DNA of 64,000 nt from Botryllus schlosseri (taxonomy: Eukaryota), in contig CM119373.1 in NCBI GenBank assembly GCA_051294905.1, positions 12,214,001-12,278,000 on the forward strand. Reading direction: 5' to 3'. Shown here piece after piece: positions 11,588 to 26,500 of the stretch. Position 1 is the first letter of the stretch. Every line of letters begins with the position of its first letter. The notes beneath the pieces are model-generated. The model had not been told where the DNA came from. It searched no databases and saw nothing but the letters and a program-made list of their open reading frames with translations. A program made the position numbers and the translations under genes.

Positions 11588-14500
11588 CTGTGAAATATAG
11601 GGTAGAGTGTGTGAATAGTGAATCTGCCGAACAATCTGCAAAGTGCAGAGGCGGTCAGGTCAAAGTAATAGACGCTGGTGCTGAAGTAGAAGAAGCGTCG
11701 TAAATGTATACTGAATTGCACGTAAAAGTATCAGTTTTAAAGACATGTCAAAACAATTTCACTTGGAAGTACAATATGAAGATATCAATAGTTCTTAAGT
11801 AGCGTACTATCAAAATGTAGTTAATAGAGGAGCCGCATAATTTTAGAGGTCGATTAAATGTGGATATTTTCAATATTGCAGGATACATATTCGCGACTAA
11901 CACTACATGAATAATGACGCGATATGATTTTTGTAAATATATACTGTTACTGTGATAATGAGACCATTTCGCTAACTTATATATACAAACTCTTGAGTAA
12001 GAAGCGAAAGTAGCCCACAAATATTTGAGCATTCCGAAAAAGTAGGAGTACTTCGTTACCGACCACCTCTGTATATAGGAGGGAGATGTAGTGTAGAGGA
12101 TCGGAATTCAGTCTATCGAAATCCACCCAGAACACTTACTTGCCTGGACTGACGTTTTAAATAAGCTTGGGGTCATAATATGCAACTATATTACGACATA
12201 TCGCATTTTCACATCATATTCCGCTGCAAATTTTAAAATATTGGCAAGACACCAAAAATTATTTCCTCAACATAAATTGGATTGTTTGGATTTCATCCCT
12301 AACCCAAATGCAACCCCAGCCCTAACTTAAACCCACTTGTTCAAGTGCGACATGGTCTGGTCATATGTCTACTGAGCTTATCGACCGCAAACGTACAAGC
12401 ATCAATAAAACGTGTTGTCGTATTATCGTGTATGGGCATAAAATTGTGTATTTTGGTCGTTAAACACACTGGAGTATTTCAACGTAGTATCATACGTGGT
12501 TGAATTTATTAGTTTATTCATATTGAAATAAACCCGATTATTATCGGCTGACACTCGTCAGGGGTAATCGTCAGCAACTAGTAGAGAATTGGAAAGAACA
12601 TTGTTTATCGATAATCGTATCGCTGAATTTGTATCATCACGTAACCGACTTTGTGACCTGAGTGTATCTTATATTTGATCGTTATATGATATCATGTGAT
12701 CTTCTTTCGTGGTATACACTGCGTATGTCATTGGCATTAGCGGAAGAGGACGTCAGTCGGCATACACAAAATAGTTTCTGAGGGGACCAGCACTTCAACA
12801 GGTTATCACCCCATTCCACATGATCATAAAATACCAACGGTAAGCCGAATAAGATTGAAATTTTGCAATTCTTTCTAATTTTCCAATAAAATAAGGGCAT
12901 GAAGTAAGAATAGAGATACCATGATGTTATTTCCAACGAAATTGATACTGCTAGTCCCCTTAAATCATACAATGACAGCAACAACACACAAGTATCTAAA
13001 ACAACACATTGATATCCAATCTCACGTGTCTCGCATCTGGTTCCCGTCCATCCCTTCTTGCACGAGCACAAATTAGGCCCGGTGCAGTATCCGCCGTTCA
13101 GACACCGCGACGCACACACCGGCTTCTGACACCTGGCCCCTTCCCAGCCGTAGCTGCAAGTGCACCGTCTATTGGCTGTGCAGCGGCCGTTGTTGTGACA
13201 TTTGTACAGACACCGCACTGTAAAATAAAGGTTATCAGATGGATCACGGTATAACTGCAACATAGAGCGTTGTGATCATTACGAGAAATGTCACACCATG
13301 AATATTTGTAGCCTTATGCAACTGTGTTTTTGACTTTGAGATACGGCTAATCGAGATTACGAGACTCCATCATTGAAAGTGAAGCATCAGATCTATATTC
13401 TCATTGATAAAATATTACCGAACGCGTCAATACTAGTCAGACCTCAAGATTACCGGACCACAATGTGACTGATCGACCTCGCCTACCGAAACATGTAGCA
13501 TTCCTTTTGTCAAGTCCTTTTCATGTTATCCTTTCTTAAATCCAGTGTGCATGCCTCTTATTTACATGCAGTAGGTAAGGTGGGTGTCTGATTAAAAGAC
13601 TACTCCAAGTCGTTTCGGCACCCTCCTATCTTTTCATTATGTCGCAATCTTATGGTGTATTATTTTTTTTTTTTAAATAAACTGATGAAGGCGTATATTT
13701 TCGTTAAAATTGATACTCGAATCCGATGCGCGCACTACAATCGTTGTGCTCATCTCTAGTCAGCAACACACCAGCGGTGAAACAGAATCCATACTAACCA
13801 ACACACTGTGGAACGCCAGTCCATTCGCCTGCTTGACATTGAATCAGCAAGTTCGCGACCGGTATATAACCAGATGCGCAGCAGTATTCGAGAACCTCTC
13901 CGTCGTCGTAATGATCTTTTATGTCTTGTCCGTCGACAAGCTGCGACAGAAATCGGCATTTTATTGGAACCTTCTGGTTCCCGAATTGGACACGTTCAAA
14001 TGAAATAATGTCGTGAAAAATTACGACAGATATATTACCTGTAGGCCAGAAAAATACGGAAGACACTAATGTCAAATCTACGATGGGTGTCAAAGCAGAA
14101 TTTTGTACCAGACAGATGCTGGTGGAGGTTACCAGTTAATACGGTACTTGATGAATTTGGCAATATGAATGTAAGAAATGTTGTTATTATGAAAGCCATG
14201 TATCAATCAAATCTATCAATTCTGTGTGAGATGCGCCACTTGATGAATCTGGTATGTTAAATTGGCACTTGATCTTTTCGGTACTCAGCAATTGGTATGT
14301 TGATGTTAATCCAGCAGTTCTCAGCAGCCAGTACGCGGACCGGTGCCAATCCGTGGCAAGTTTCGTGCCAGTTCAATAAATATAGAAATATACCATCAAA
14401 TTTTTAATTGATTAAGAAGTTAGGAACGTATTTTACAGCATGATGGCGTTAGAGCAAGTTTCTGGTCTACTTTATGCATACTTCACTCTGCTGCAAGTGT

Positions 14501-17500
14501 TGTAAAGCTACGGAGATTTTGAACGAACTTGGTTAAATTCTGACAGCGCAGTTTAGCGACACTTGTATTAAAGCAGGGGTCACCAACACGAAGCCAGCGA
14601 GGTCCTATTCTGCGACCCGCGACCTGATTTTAGACATCGGAAGAACGCATAATAAAGCGCATTTTGGAATGCTGTTAACAATACTGTTGTTGTTTTTCAA
14701 AATAAGATATTCTCCAGTGCCCAACATAACTATTCCTCGCTAGCTGATAGTAATAGCATTCCGTGGAGGAAGAATTGGGTGATATGGATGGGCATATTAC
14801 CTGGACGTGGAATGACCCACACATTGCTAAGGCCGAAAGGCTTAGGAAAATGCCCGTGGCTTCCCCGCATGATCAAGCTTTACGACGACATAGTTTTCCA
14901 GCAAGTACCCAGTCTATTTAACAGGGTTGTAACCAAGTCACAAGGCTCCGAGTCACAAGTCAATCTCACTTTTATATTTTTGACTCGAGTCAAGTCGAGT
15001 CATTTTCAATTCCCACCGAGTCAAGTCCGAGTCCAAGTCAGCGAATAGAGGATCGAGTCCGAGTCATGGAATTATGACTCGAGTCCGAGTCCAAGTCATT
15101 GTGTTGACTGCTCAGTTTCCGGTTAAAGTCTTCCTAAACCCACTTTTTAACCCTGTTTGGTGATATTGAATGGTTCGCATTTATAATATATCAATTTTCC
15201 TCACTTTTAGCAGTTCCTGGTCGCATTTTCAAGCACCAGTACCAACAAACGAAATCCCAATAGTGTGTTGGCTTCGAAATTACAATAAAATATCGGTCTT
15301 GGCCGTTTGAATCTCGAGTCAATGACTTGCTTCGAGTCATGCGCAATGACTCGAGTCCAAGTCGAGTCAATACACAGATTGACTCGAGTCGAGTCGAGTC
15401 ATTTCCGTATTTTGAGAAAATGACTCGAGTCGAGTCGAGTCATCCGAAAATCGTGACTCGAGTCGGACTCGAGTCGAGTCATGACTCGAGTCATTACAAC
15501 CCTGCTATTTAACCCCAATATTGATTCCTTGGTCGATGAAAATTGTTATCAGGTATCGTGCACAGCTCATAGTCCAAAATAGAATGAAAGTGATTATCCG
15601 GTTTGTTTTTATTGTATTTGTATTTCTTCGATAAAATATTATTTCCTTAGTGGTAACCACACTATGCCGGTCGCCCATGTTCGAAAGCACAGCGCTGTGA
15701 AGGGTTAAATGAGGGTAGAGGGTTAAAAACGTGGTTGGTAAACTGTTTGTCTTATTTTATCCCGATATTGAATTCATGCGACCCGCGGCCTCTGGTACAT
15801 TTCAAAAGTGGGCAAGGACCCGTTTTGAGTTGGCGACACCTGTATTAGAGGCTATAGCAAACAGCAAAGTCGCTCTTCTGTTACATTATACCAAACTATC
15901 ACAATCAAATTGGTTGTTTTCAACAGGATTTTGCAAGCTTCGGATTGTGGAAACTTAAACAGGACCACGTATAAATATATCTTATCAAAAACACAGCTTT
16001 CAATGAAGTTTTTAATACTAAATTTGAGATGCATTCATCTATCGTAGGGAAATTTGGGGTTAATTATGATGTTTGAAGGTTCGCCGGAACGCAAAATTGG
16101 CTTTGAAGTTTTAGCGGTCCGCGAGGTCTAAAAGGTTGATAACCACTGAATTATTTTATCTAGATTAGGGGTTAGGGTTGGAGGTATGTGTGAATTAAAA
16201 ATTGGGGACACAAAGTGCCAAATAAAAATAAAATTATTAATAATAGAATAATTTATAGAGAGTCGAATGTAGCAATATATCATACCCACATTAGGGCGCT
16301 GAACATAAGTGTAATAAAATATAAAAAAGTCAGCAATAGGTATAAACGATAGAGTGCATAGTTGAAGGTAAAGAATAAACACTACCACAGTTGGAATGCG
16401 CATGTAAATGAAGCGGACAAGTGCCGAATTCACAGGCATGCATGTTGGAAATCTGGTAAATGAATCGATTTTCCGTCGAATTATTGACAGTGTGCTTCAT
16501 GCACGTTGACATGAGAATCCAGGGTTCAATATTCCCGTTGTTTATATGGCCATTTCATTGCGATTTTCATCCAAGGAAAAGTACTTATCCATACTTTAAC
16601 TTTGGTGCTGTGCAGCTCAGGAGGTGCGCAAGAGTAGACAGGCTTGATTTCAGCAAAGAGACTTTTCACTTGAAACGGAGCGCAGAATGGTTCCACGCCC
16701 TCCCACTCACCATCTTCGCGACACACACGCACAGGGTCACCTAAAACACACAACATGCCGCATTCAAGTCAGGGATCATTTCAAATTTTAATCGTGAATA
16801 AATAACGAAACGACATATTTATTTCAATAACAAGATTCTTGGAAGAGTTAAATCTAGAAAAACGATGCAAAACAAGTTTGACTCAATTCCAACCTGTAGA
16901 AGCGAAGTTATCTGAGTTTTTCATTGATAACTCTGGGATTATCCAGTCAATGTTATTTTTTCAAATCAAAAATTTATACCTACTATAACTTCGCTTCTAT
17001 CGGTTGGAATTGATTCAAATTTTTATAAATCGATTTTCCCGGGGTAGCCAGCAAAATTTGAAAAATTGTTTTTAGCATTTTATATCAAATTTAAAAACTG
17101 TAAGAGCTTCGCGATTACTGGTTGGAAGGGATTCAAATTTAGTGTGCATCGTTTGTTTTGGCAACCTGACTATTTAATAGCCTAGCAAGCAAGGTTTGGA
17201 ATAAAAAGTTTTTTAACACACCTAACCAGGCAGGTTCATGCTTCACGTGAGAAAATATTGATAACGATTGCCACACTATTATACCGGCACTCTCATTTTG
17301 CATTGAACATTTATGCAGGTGTTAAGAAATTCATTTAAATGTACGAATGAGATACCGTACATTCGAATTTATATCTGGTTCAATAAAGGCTACGTCGTCG
17401 TGTCGATGTGTCTGTGTCTACAAGACAGGCTGTCGATTGTTACGTCAAAGTAATATACCTGAACATGTTTAGATCAGAACGTTCCGGACTCAGATTACAC

Positions 17501-20500
17501 ATCAATAACATCACGTAAATCATCGCATCATACATCGCATATCACATACATATCGAGTATTTACAACGCGATTCGCCGTTACGGAGCACTGCGCCCGGTA
17601 ATTATCGTCTGCCACCATGCAATGAAAAACAACTACCTACCATGCAGTCCATTTCCCTCTTCACACGTAACCGTTACCCTGTCACCGACATACATCGCAT
17701 TTTCGGGTTCAACAACTCCTCTTTCCACTGCAGGGTGGGGGCCGCAACTTCTCTCGCAAACCGGCTCTTGGCCCGACCATGAGCCGTTTGCTAGACAGGC
17801 CCTGAAATACGGTGCAGATTAATAGTTGAACTTGAGTTTTTACTGTTTGACATATGATTTTGAGTAGCATGAAGTTTTATTGCTGCTTCAATCACAGATA
17901 TAGGTAATGCAAAATGCATTGTTGAATAAAGATTGAATTCGCAAATCAGACGCGGACTTGGAAGTAAAAAAATCTGAAGCACGGAAGAAATTGAGAATTA
18001 AAATTGTAAACTCGGTAATAATTCAATAATACAATGACACCTTCATATTGACATTGTATTTGTATCAGGGTTGTAATAACTCGAGTCATGACTCGAGAAT
18101 AGGACGGCAATGATCAACACTTCATTCCATTGAACGGCGAAGTTACCACACATTTGGTATTTCGTCTATCAGCACTGTTACTTGGAATGCGACCAGAAAC
18201 TGCAAAAGGGAGCACAATTAATATATTATGAATGCCAAGCATTCGATATCACCAAGCAGAGTTGTAAAATGTAAGACTTCAACTCGAAACTTAGCAGTCA
18301 ACACAATGACTTGGACTCGGACTGGAGTCATAACACTATCACACGCACTCGATACTCTGCTCGCAAACGTGGACTTGAAGTGGTGGTGAACTGAAAATGA
18401 CTCGACTTGACTTGAGTCAAAACTAGAAAAGTGAGAATTACTTGTGACTCACCAAGAAACTAACTATCTATCCATGTGCAATCCGGATTAATATCTCTAA
18501 AACCAGTTGCTTTGAAAGAATCAATAAAGTCTGGATGTAATGGCGAGTAATATTGGCTGATTCCATACTCCAGATCAGCTATCGTACCTCAACGCATCTC
18601 CTCTAGTCATGAGATAGCCCTCGTCACATTCAGTCTCAATTTCGCTGCCATAGTTGTAGTCGAGAATATCCACTTTTCCATTTTCCACCGGCGCAGGTAC
18701 ATCACAACTGATAACTGTAAAATCGAAAAGGAGGGTTGTTGGAAACGGATAAAAAATAGATGAACTCAGTAACGATGCACTTCCCCTTTTTTTGAGTACT
18801 CAAGTAGGCTTTGTCTATACTTACACTTGTTGCTGAAGAAATATGTGAAACTGTGAACAGTGAAACTGTTTTTGCGTCTAATTCCTATTTTACTTAACAG
18901 TTTTTTGGTGAAACTGGACTTTCAAAAGTGACAAGTAGTTTGGGGATAGCATAACTTTCAAGATAGATATTGTCACATAAGCAGCATGAAATGACCACTT
19001 TATCTCGAGATTGGAATAATTTTGCAACCAACAGGGTTTCCGAATGTTTCTACAGTTGCAACACTGACACTGGACACAAAATTCTGAATTTACTCTTGCG
19101 TCTTGAAATTAATCAGACTGGCGGTCATGAATATAATGCGTAGGCTACTCGCAGCGCGCACAACTGTATCCGGCTTACCTTTACAGACAGGGTGCTCCTC
19201 TGACCAGGATCCCATTTCGTCACATGTCCGAATGGAGCTTTCTTCCGGGTACAAGCGATACCCTTCTTCGCATTCATATGATATCACATTTCCATAGGTA
19301 TAGCTGAATATACATGATATCTTTGATAGATAATTCAGTGAATATACAAGTATATATCACTAATAAAATGGTCATTAAACAGATGGAATAAACACACTGT
19401 AAACGAAATTAGTGAATCCCACAGTTTAATGTGTATCTGATATCAGTCAAGGTTCACATCAGATTACAAAATGTTGGTTTCACACCAATTCCAGTTGGTG
19501 AAAGTGAGCCAATGCACCTATTTATATTTAAGGTCGGAAGCCTGTTTAAATCAGGGGTCACCATCACGCAAGGTCACATTTTGCGGCCGTTGATCTCCCT
19601 TCAAATTTCGGAACAACGTCAAGCAAAGCATTTCCAAATGCTGAATCAGATTTGAATTTTCAAATATTGTTGTTGTTGTTTCGAGATAAGCTATTCAGTA
19701 TTCCTCACTAGCTGAAACAGCTTTGGCGATGCCAACACCATCCACAGATGGAGAATCAGCTGATATGAATTGACATATTACTTTGATGTGCAATGGTCCA
19801 GACACTTATGAGACATATACGCTTGGAATGCGGCTTAAAGGAGGGGTGGCCAACCTGCGGTCGTAGTGGGAAATTTTTGCGGCCTTCGACACGTAATTCA
19901 ATTAGTAGTCTTCGAGCTCAATAAATATTTTACTGCGGTGGATGTTGTATTGAAAGCTATCTTCAAGTACTGCACCACGAACCAACTATTTAATTAATGT
20001 AAGTTTTTAATAATCAGGGATGGATAGGCTCGTGGGTAGCAATTGTTTTTGAAATTTCATGGCCGACATAATTGCTAATCAACCCATGTCAATACTTTTT
20101 AATACATTTGGATTAAAGTTGAGTTGGTCGATAATATGTTGGTACCCGATAAAATCATAAAACCTCGAGGTGACACGCGGTCAGAAAAAGCTGCGATCTA
20201 CTGTTTTAAGGCAATTGTGTCTGCACGAGCAGGTGTAGTGACATGGATTTACAAAGTTAATGATTAAGTGGGAATAAAATCTTTTGCGCTGTAGTTTTTC
20301 CAATAATTAATATGCAGACTGTGAAAAGGAATAGGAGGGGCGTTGTACATTTTGTCCTTGATGTATTTTACGGCATCTACACCGACTCATGATAGACATA
20401 CACCCGATCTGTGCATATGCCGCTGGACAAGGAAGGTGCAGATTTATCCGTGTAAGATTTTCTAAGTCTTGCACTCTCCGCCATGCTATCCAGGTAATGC

Positions 20501-23500
20501 TGATCGCCAAGCGGGGAAGTAATAGAGACCAGTGTTACTAATCAGGTCTTTGGTCTGAACCGGCCGGGAATCGAACCAACGCTCTACCGACCAAGAAGCC
20601 GGACACTTCATTATGGAGGCAATCGAGAAGAATCAATAATAACATACTCATTTCCGCCAAGAATTACTCCGTGAAGTATAACAGGAGGGCTGCCACATAT
20701 GACCGGATTACAAATAGGCAGCGTGTCAGTCCACATCCCTTCCAGTGTGCATTGTTGCCTTGGAACACCCTGGAAAATGACATTGATAAGTGTATTGGTG
20801 TTGTTGCAATTTACATCCATGTGTTATTGTTGATCTGCAGCATAGTCCACTTTGATTTTAGCCAATCAACTTTATTATTACTTACTTATTAACAACTTAC
20901 GCATTACCTATCAAAATCTATCAATTAAAAAGTGAGAGTTTATTACTGAAATGGTCATAAACACTGGGTGACATGGCCCTTGCATCACAGCCACAATCCT
21001 CAGCACGCCGCTTTACTCATGAAAATATGTCTTCGAGTTCAGAATAGTTTTTACAGGCTAGTAATAGATAATAATCTGATACCAAGATAACTAACTTTAC
21101 ACGAATTTTGCTGCAATAATAGTTTTTAAACCTTAGATCTGTAAGTTTACATGGATGGATCACCACGTCTATTTGTATACAATTATAATTTGACTGCAAT
21201 ACTTCTATGACAGGTACGTCTATGACTGTATGCCCCTGTGAGCTATACAATATAGCTTACAGCAGACCCGGGCATTGTGCGGCTCGCGGGCCAAATACGG
21301 CCTGTGACGCGATTCTGAGCGGCCTGCGAACGGTGCTTCGGAACTTAGACAATACAATATATTTATTATTATTGATGTGTGAAAAAAAATACGGTAAACT
21401 GAACCGGAAATGCGTTTACTTTAAAGTCTAGTTCATTTATATACCGTGATTACGTACGAGTAACCAAGCTTTAAAATATAGTCAATATAACAAATTATGC
21501 CTTTACAGTTTAAGTACCTAGTCACTATTTTCACATGCAAGTTCATTTTTTTGCTGTTACGTCTGTGCTTAAATCTGTTACGTCATAAGTCTACAAATCC
21601 TAATTTGTAAAATATTGCAATCAGTGATTATCGTCATCCTCACTCACAAACATTGTCATGTCAAGCAATAAAAGAGGCGGCTAAATATTTGTTCACTGAA
21701 GTCAGCCGTGAACTGGTCTTTTTGATTTATGGTGAGCACCGAGCAGGTCTCAGGATAAATAATTTTGAGTCGGCACTATGAGAAAAATCATGCAGTGAAT
21801 ACATACACTTGGCTGATGCGGACCTTTCAGCGAAGCTAGCAAAATGGCGAGGCTAGTTTACCAAGCCACAAAGAGCTAGTGATGATACCCATTATTAAAC
21901 CATCCACTTAGCAAGATGTGTCAACAATTCAATTCGCTGCTGTTAATTTAGAAGTAAAACTGCACACCGCAGATCATAGGCTAAACTTTTGTCTCTACCC
22001 TTCATCATATTTCTGCACCACAGGAAAAATAAATGCACACATTGCGCACTCCTGGCTTACAGAGTTCGTCAGATTGTATTACTTTGGTTAAAGCCATAAC
22101 AACACTTTTCAAACCCACCTCCAAAGTATATCCAGTATCGCATCTGTATTGAATCAGACTGCCCGCCACTAGATCATCGGTAGCGGTGTTGATAATAATC
22201 TCATCTTCATCGCCAAGAAGAACTATCGATCCAAATTCGAGTGGTTCCAGCGGGACGCAAATGATCGGAATGCAAGAGATGACAGAGACATCCACATCCC
22301 ACTGACCATCAGCCTTGGGTATTAATAGTATCTTGTGTTTAAATGTACAGATGCATATGTAGTTGTAAAGAAGACAAGAGGTTGGAGAAGCCATACCAAC
22401 ATGAATTTTCCGATAAATATTTAGGTAAGAACGTATTTCAGCAAAGTATTCAAAATAGTGTCCTCTAAGCATGGAAATTCGAGGTGGAATATTTCCATTT
22501 GAAAGAGTTGGACCAGGGGTCTCAAACTATACATTGGCATGCGGGCCAGTTTCGTAGTTTTTGAAGAAAGGATCTTGCCGAGTGATATTCCATACCCATC
22601 GTCAAAATGTCATTTACCGTGTAATAATTCACGCCAGGCATGAAAAAAGTTGCATTTAAAAAATACTGAATAAAATTGCTGTTGTACTGTCTTTTGACGA
22701 GGGCCACACATATCTTAGCTTGAAGTAGTTTTAAAGTGAATTCGAAATTGCAACTTTTACTTTTAATTGAGTAAAATTTTAGGTTATTTGTTCTTTTTCT
22801 ACTCGAGTAGCAATGCCCCAGCTACTTTCACCGTCTCTCTCACGAGTAGCAGTGAAATGGATGAAATTCACCTATTATGGCTTATGTAAATGTAATAGCA
22901 GTCAGAGTGACTGTTACTGTCACTGTAGGTTAAAGAAGAATCGTAATGCAATATGGTGCAGAGCACAATTGGAAGTGGTTATTGTTGGTGATAGCTGGCC
23001 AGCTTTCGAATCTATGATCCGTATAAAGCTTGATATTTTAGTTTCTCTACAAACGGTACATACCTGGCAGACAAGCGAGATATCCTGTTCTCCGGATTGT
23101 TCGACTACATACCCACCGATGCATTCGATTATGAGAACTTGACCGAAAGTGGCTTCCTGCTTTGATAACGATCCTGAACGAAAATCAGCGAAATAGTCGT
23201 TAAATGGACGAATAAAGTAGGCAATTATTAAGTAATGAAGATAAAGTATTGAAGAAATGCATCGCGAAAAAAATCGGGTAAACAATAATACAGCTACAAT
23301 TTCAAATTATTGGTTTAATCTATTGACAACGACAATCAGACGATTGACACGACAACAGAGTATCGCAGCACAGCCACAAAACCGCATGGGTATGTCATAG
23401 ACCAGTGGTTCCCAACCTTTTTGTCTTCATTCCCCACTTCAGATTTATTCCAAGCCTTCATTCCCCACCAGGACCGTAACAGCACTTATCGTGATAGCCC

Positions 23501-26500
23501 CGCCAATAACAACGTTGATGTCGGGCCTCCACAGGGTGAAAGGCGAAAAATTTATATAGTTCGTGTTTGAATCGGTAAATATGACCAGGAATCGCATACA
23601 TTTTGTTATCAATTTTTTATCCCTTCTCTGCTCACGTAATCGGGTTTACCGGCAGAGCTGAGTGAGGTGTGTTGGAAAAGGTAGGACCCCTAAATAAGAA
23701 TTAAACATTTTCAGGCGGACCGTTGGTATGTATTGACTTCATTACATTATGCTATTTCGTGACCTCCTATATCTGCTATGTCAAAAGATATGGAAATCGC
23801 CCAAACTAAAAGGCACACACGATTTCAAAATGGTATTGCTTTACTTGCAAATAATTTTTCCCTGTGGGGTTCAGATTGCCAGGACAGGAACATTCGGCGC
23901 CAGCCATTTAGCCGCCTGTGGACAATTAAGCATATATGTATATTGTATATATATCGAAGTTTTCGGTCACCACAAGGCCATTCCTTCTCGGCCAAGGTCT
24001 TCTCGCTGCTGATTGTTCTGGCACACTTCTCGGAAGTGCATGTTACATGGCCGACGTGGCGCAGTAATGGCCGACGCCGAAGTCTCGATTTCTATAAATT
24101 CTACGTATTTTCGTGGGGGAAGGGTACCGAATAATTAGATATTCGGCAATATTAAATCGCGCCACCAGCGCGAAAATTTTTTGATAAAGTGGCATAAATT
24201 TCCAAATAAGTACTTTAATTTATGGTAATTCACGAAATAATTTTGGGCCTCTTCGAGCTCGCCCCCCCCCCCATGGGTGGCAGTTACGGTCCTGCTCCAC
24301 ACTGCCCATAAATTTTGTCATCACAGAGCAGCTATCTGCTGGTTTGACTGCAGAAGACACAACCACACCAGTACGCAAGACAATCGTCTTTAACTGCAAC
24401 ATAAAACGTATTTTGAACCGATACCAGTAACGCTCAATATTTCGCGAAAGCGTTATTTCACGTCAAACTAGTCGTGCTGGATGCGTTTGTAACGGCATGA
24501 TTGGCCATCCGGTGTTTAAAATGAGGTTTTTGAACAACACGTGATGTAATTTTCGATACATACATTCCAGAGCAGTTAAATGGTAACGGTAATTGCGTAT
24601 GTGTCTCTGTGAATATGTAGACTGTCCTGTATATAATTTTGAACAAATGCGTCTATTCCCCACCAGAAATCATTGAATTCCCCACCAGTGGGGAATTCCC
24701 CACCGTTTGGGAACCACTGTCATAGACAATAGAAATGTACAATATTATTAAAGTATGTTCGGAAACTATATGATTGATGGCTAATGAAAATGGTTTTGAA
24801 CGCGAAACACTTCTAGATGTCTTATACAAATGACTGTGATATGCATTCAAACATATGTCATCTACAATCTATACCTGAATAAAACTATAGGGAGGAAAAT
24901 ACAGATTGCTGATAAGATTGGTTTACAGGAAAATGAAGCACCACAAAATTGAATAAATCATCGTCGAAATCTCACCGGATTCAATGAAGTCAGGAATTTG
25001 ACACACGACCGGCTCGCAAAGCACGTTCTCATATCCATGAATAGCTGCATCGATCATACAAGTCACAATTGCATCCGGGTCTGTATGCTCGTAACCTTCA
25101 TCGCAGTGATACCTCACATTGTCATCGAACACGTAGACATGGCTTGCATCTGTAGATATAATCAGAGGCAGTCAGTACCAAAACTAAATTTAATTTATGG
25201 AGTACTCAAGTAGGTTTAATACTTACTTGTATTCCTAGTAGTGTTTTGCTGACTACTTTCATTTCTACTTAACCGTACTTCACCAAAATACTTACATATG
25301 ACATATTCGATTTTGTAAAGTATAATGAAGTTTTGGGATATTCTTGCATCACTATTATGCGTGAAATGATGACAATTGCGCACGAGTCACTATATTACAC
25401 GAACTCCTTCTGTAGGCACCGACTTGGTTGGCATATTAGTGTGTTAATGGAAATTTGACTGCGATTCAACAGAATAATTATTGGGGCAGCTGTAAATATA
25501 GCTACGCTAGGCGGCTAAGTTGCAATATCAGTCGGTTTGATATGTGACTACAAAGTAATTAACATATCAGAATTTTGTATTAGGTAGCTCTGTCTCTCTG
25601 TGACCTATTCTTGATGCATGCATGTGTGATTAAGACTGGCTTATCGTTGGTCAAATTCTACTGCCCGGGGTACGATCAAATATAAAATATGTTTCATGAA
25701 TTATTGACAGAATTAGGATTTAATGTACCTATCATCCTTTTATATTCCAAATGCGGTGCAAAATATATGAGCCTTTCAGATACCAAAACCTGGCAGAAAG
25801 AGAATAAATAATTCACGTCTGTTGAAAATACAAACCTAGCACTGGCTTCGCATGATCAACGGCAGGAGCCATCCCACACTTTATGATGTCACAAGACAGT
25901 TCCAAATCGTCCCATTCTCCCGTATCGGTACAATATGGACGCTTGTCCTCAGGAAATTTCAAGTATCTGAAATATTGCTAATTTTAGTTCTAATCCCAGT
26001 TCTGATTTTCCTCAAAATACTACAGCATAGCTGTGCAGTGCGAAATGAGCCCAATCTCTGATTTGATATACACCAAATTTTTGTTGTAATTATTTCTAAT
26101 ATGGAATATCATTCAATTGCTAAATTTTGCAATAATTCTCATCTACTTAGAAAACGATGGCATTTTTACAGTTACCGAACTCTCCTATAAATATTCATAT
26201 TAAATATACATAGTGGAATACAGATATAACACCAACCTACCCTTCATCGCATGATAGATCGGCAGAATCTCCATATCTAGCTACACCGATCGGATGGTTC
26301 AATTTCCCATGCTTGAAATGTATTGTCAAATTGCATTCTACCGGCGAGCACACATCGCCTGGCCGGAAAAATGTACCGCTAGGCTCACACGACAACTCGA
26401 ATGTTTGAGAGCCGTCCGATCGGTAATGGCCTGGCACACAAGCGTATTCGGCTGTATCTCCATATGAAAAATCACGCCCTGAATATAGATGAAAAATGAA

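Noticed and set aside
15310-15500. CRISPR-like array from repeated GACTCGAGTC units
   Set aside because: Repeats are 5-10 bp with no regular unique spacers, lie inside a TIR/TSD-bounded MITE, and the context is eukaryotic with no cas genes.
16386-16452. Extra exon reading FPTCMPV between the last two CCP exons
   Set aside because: No donor/acceptor phase combination gives a sensible CCP continuation; a direct 16595-13973 or 16585-14038 splice is simpler.
16705-16711. Strong cryptic donor G|GTGAGT inside exon 16595-16740
   Set aside because: Using it would remove the conserved W and fourth Cys of the module; there is no evidence of use.
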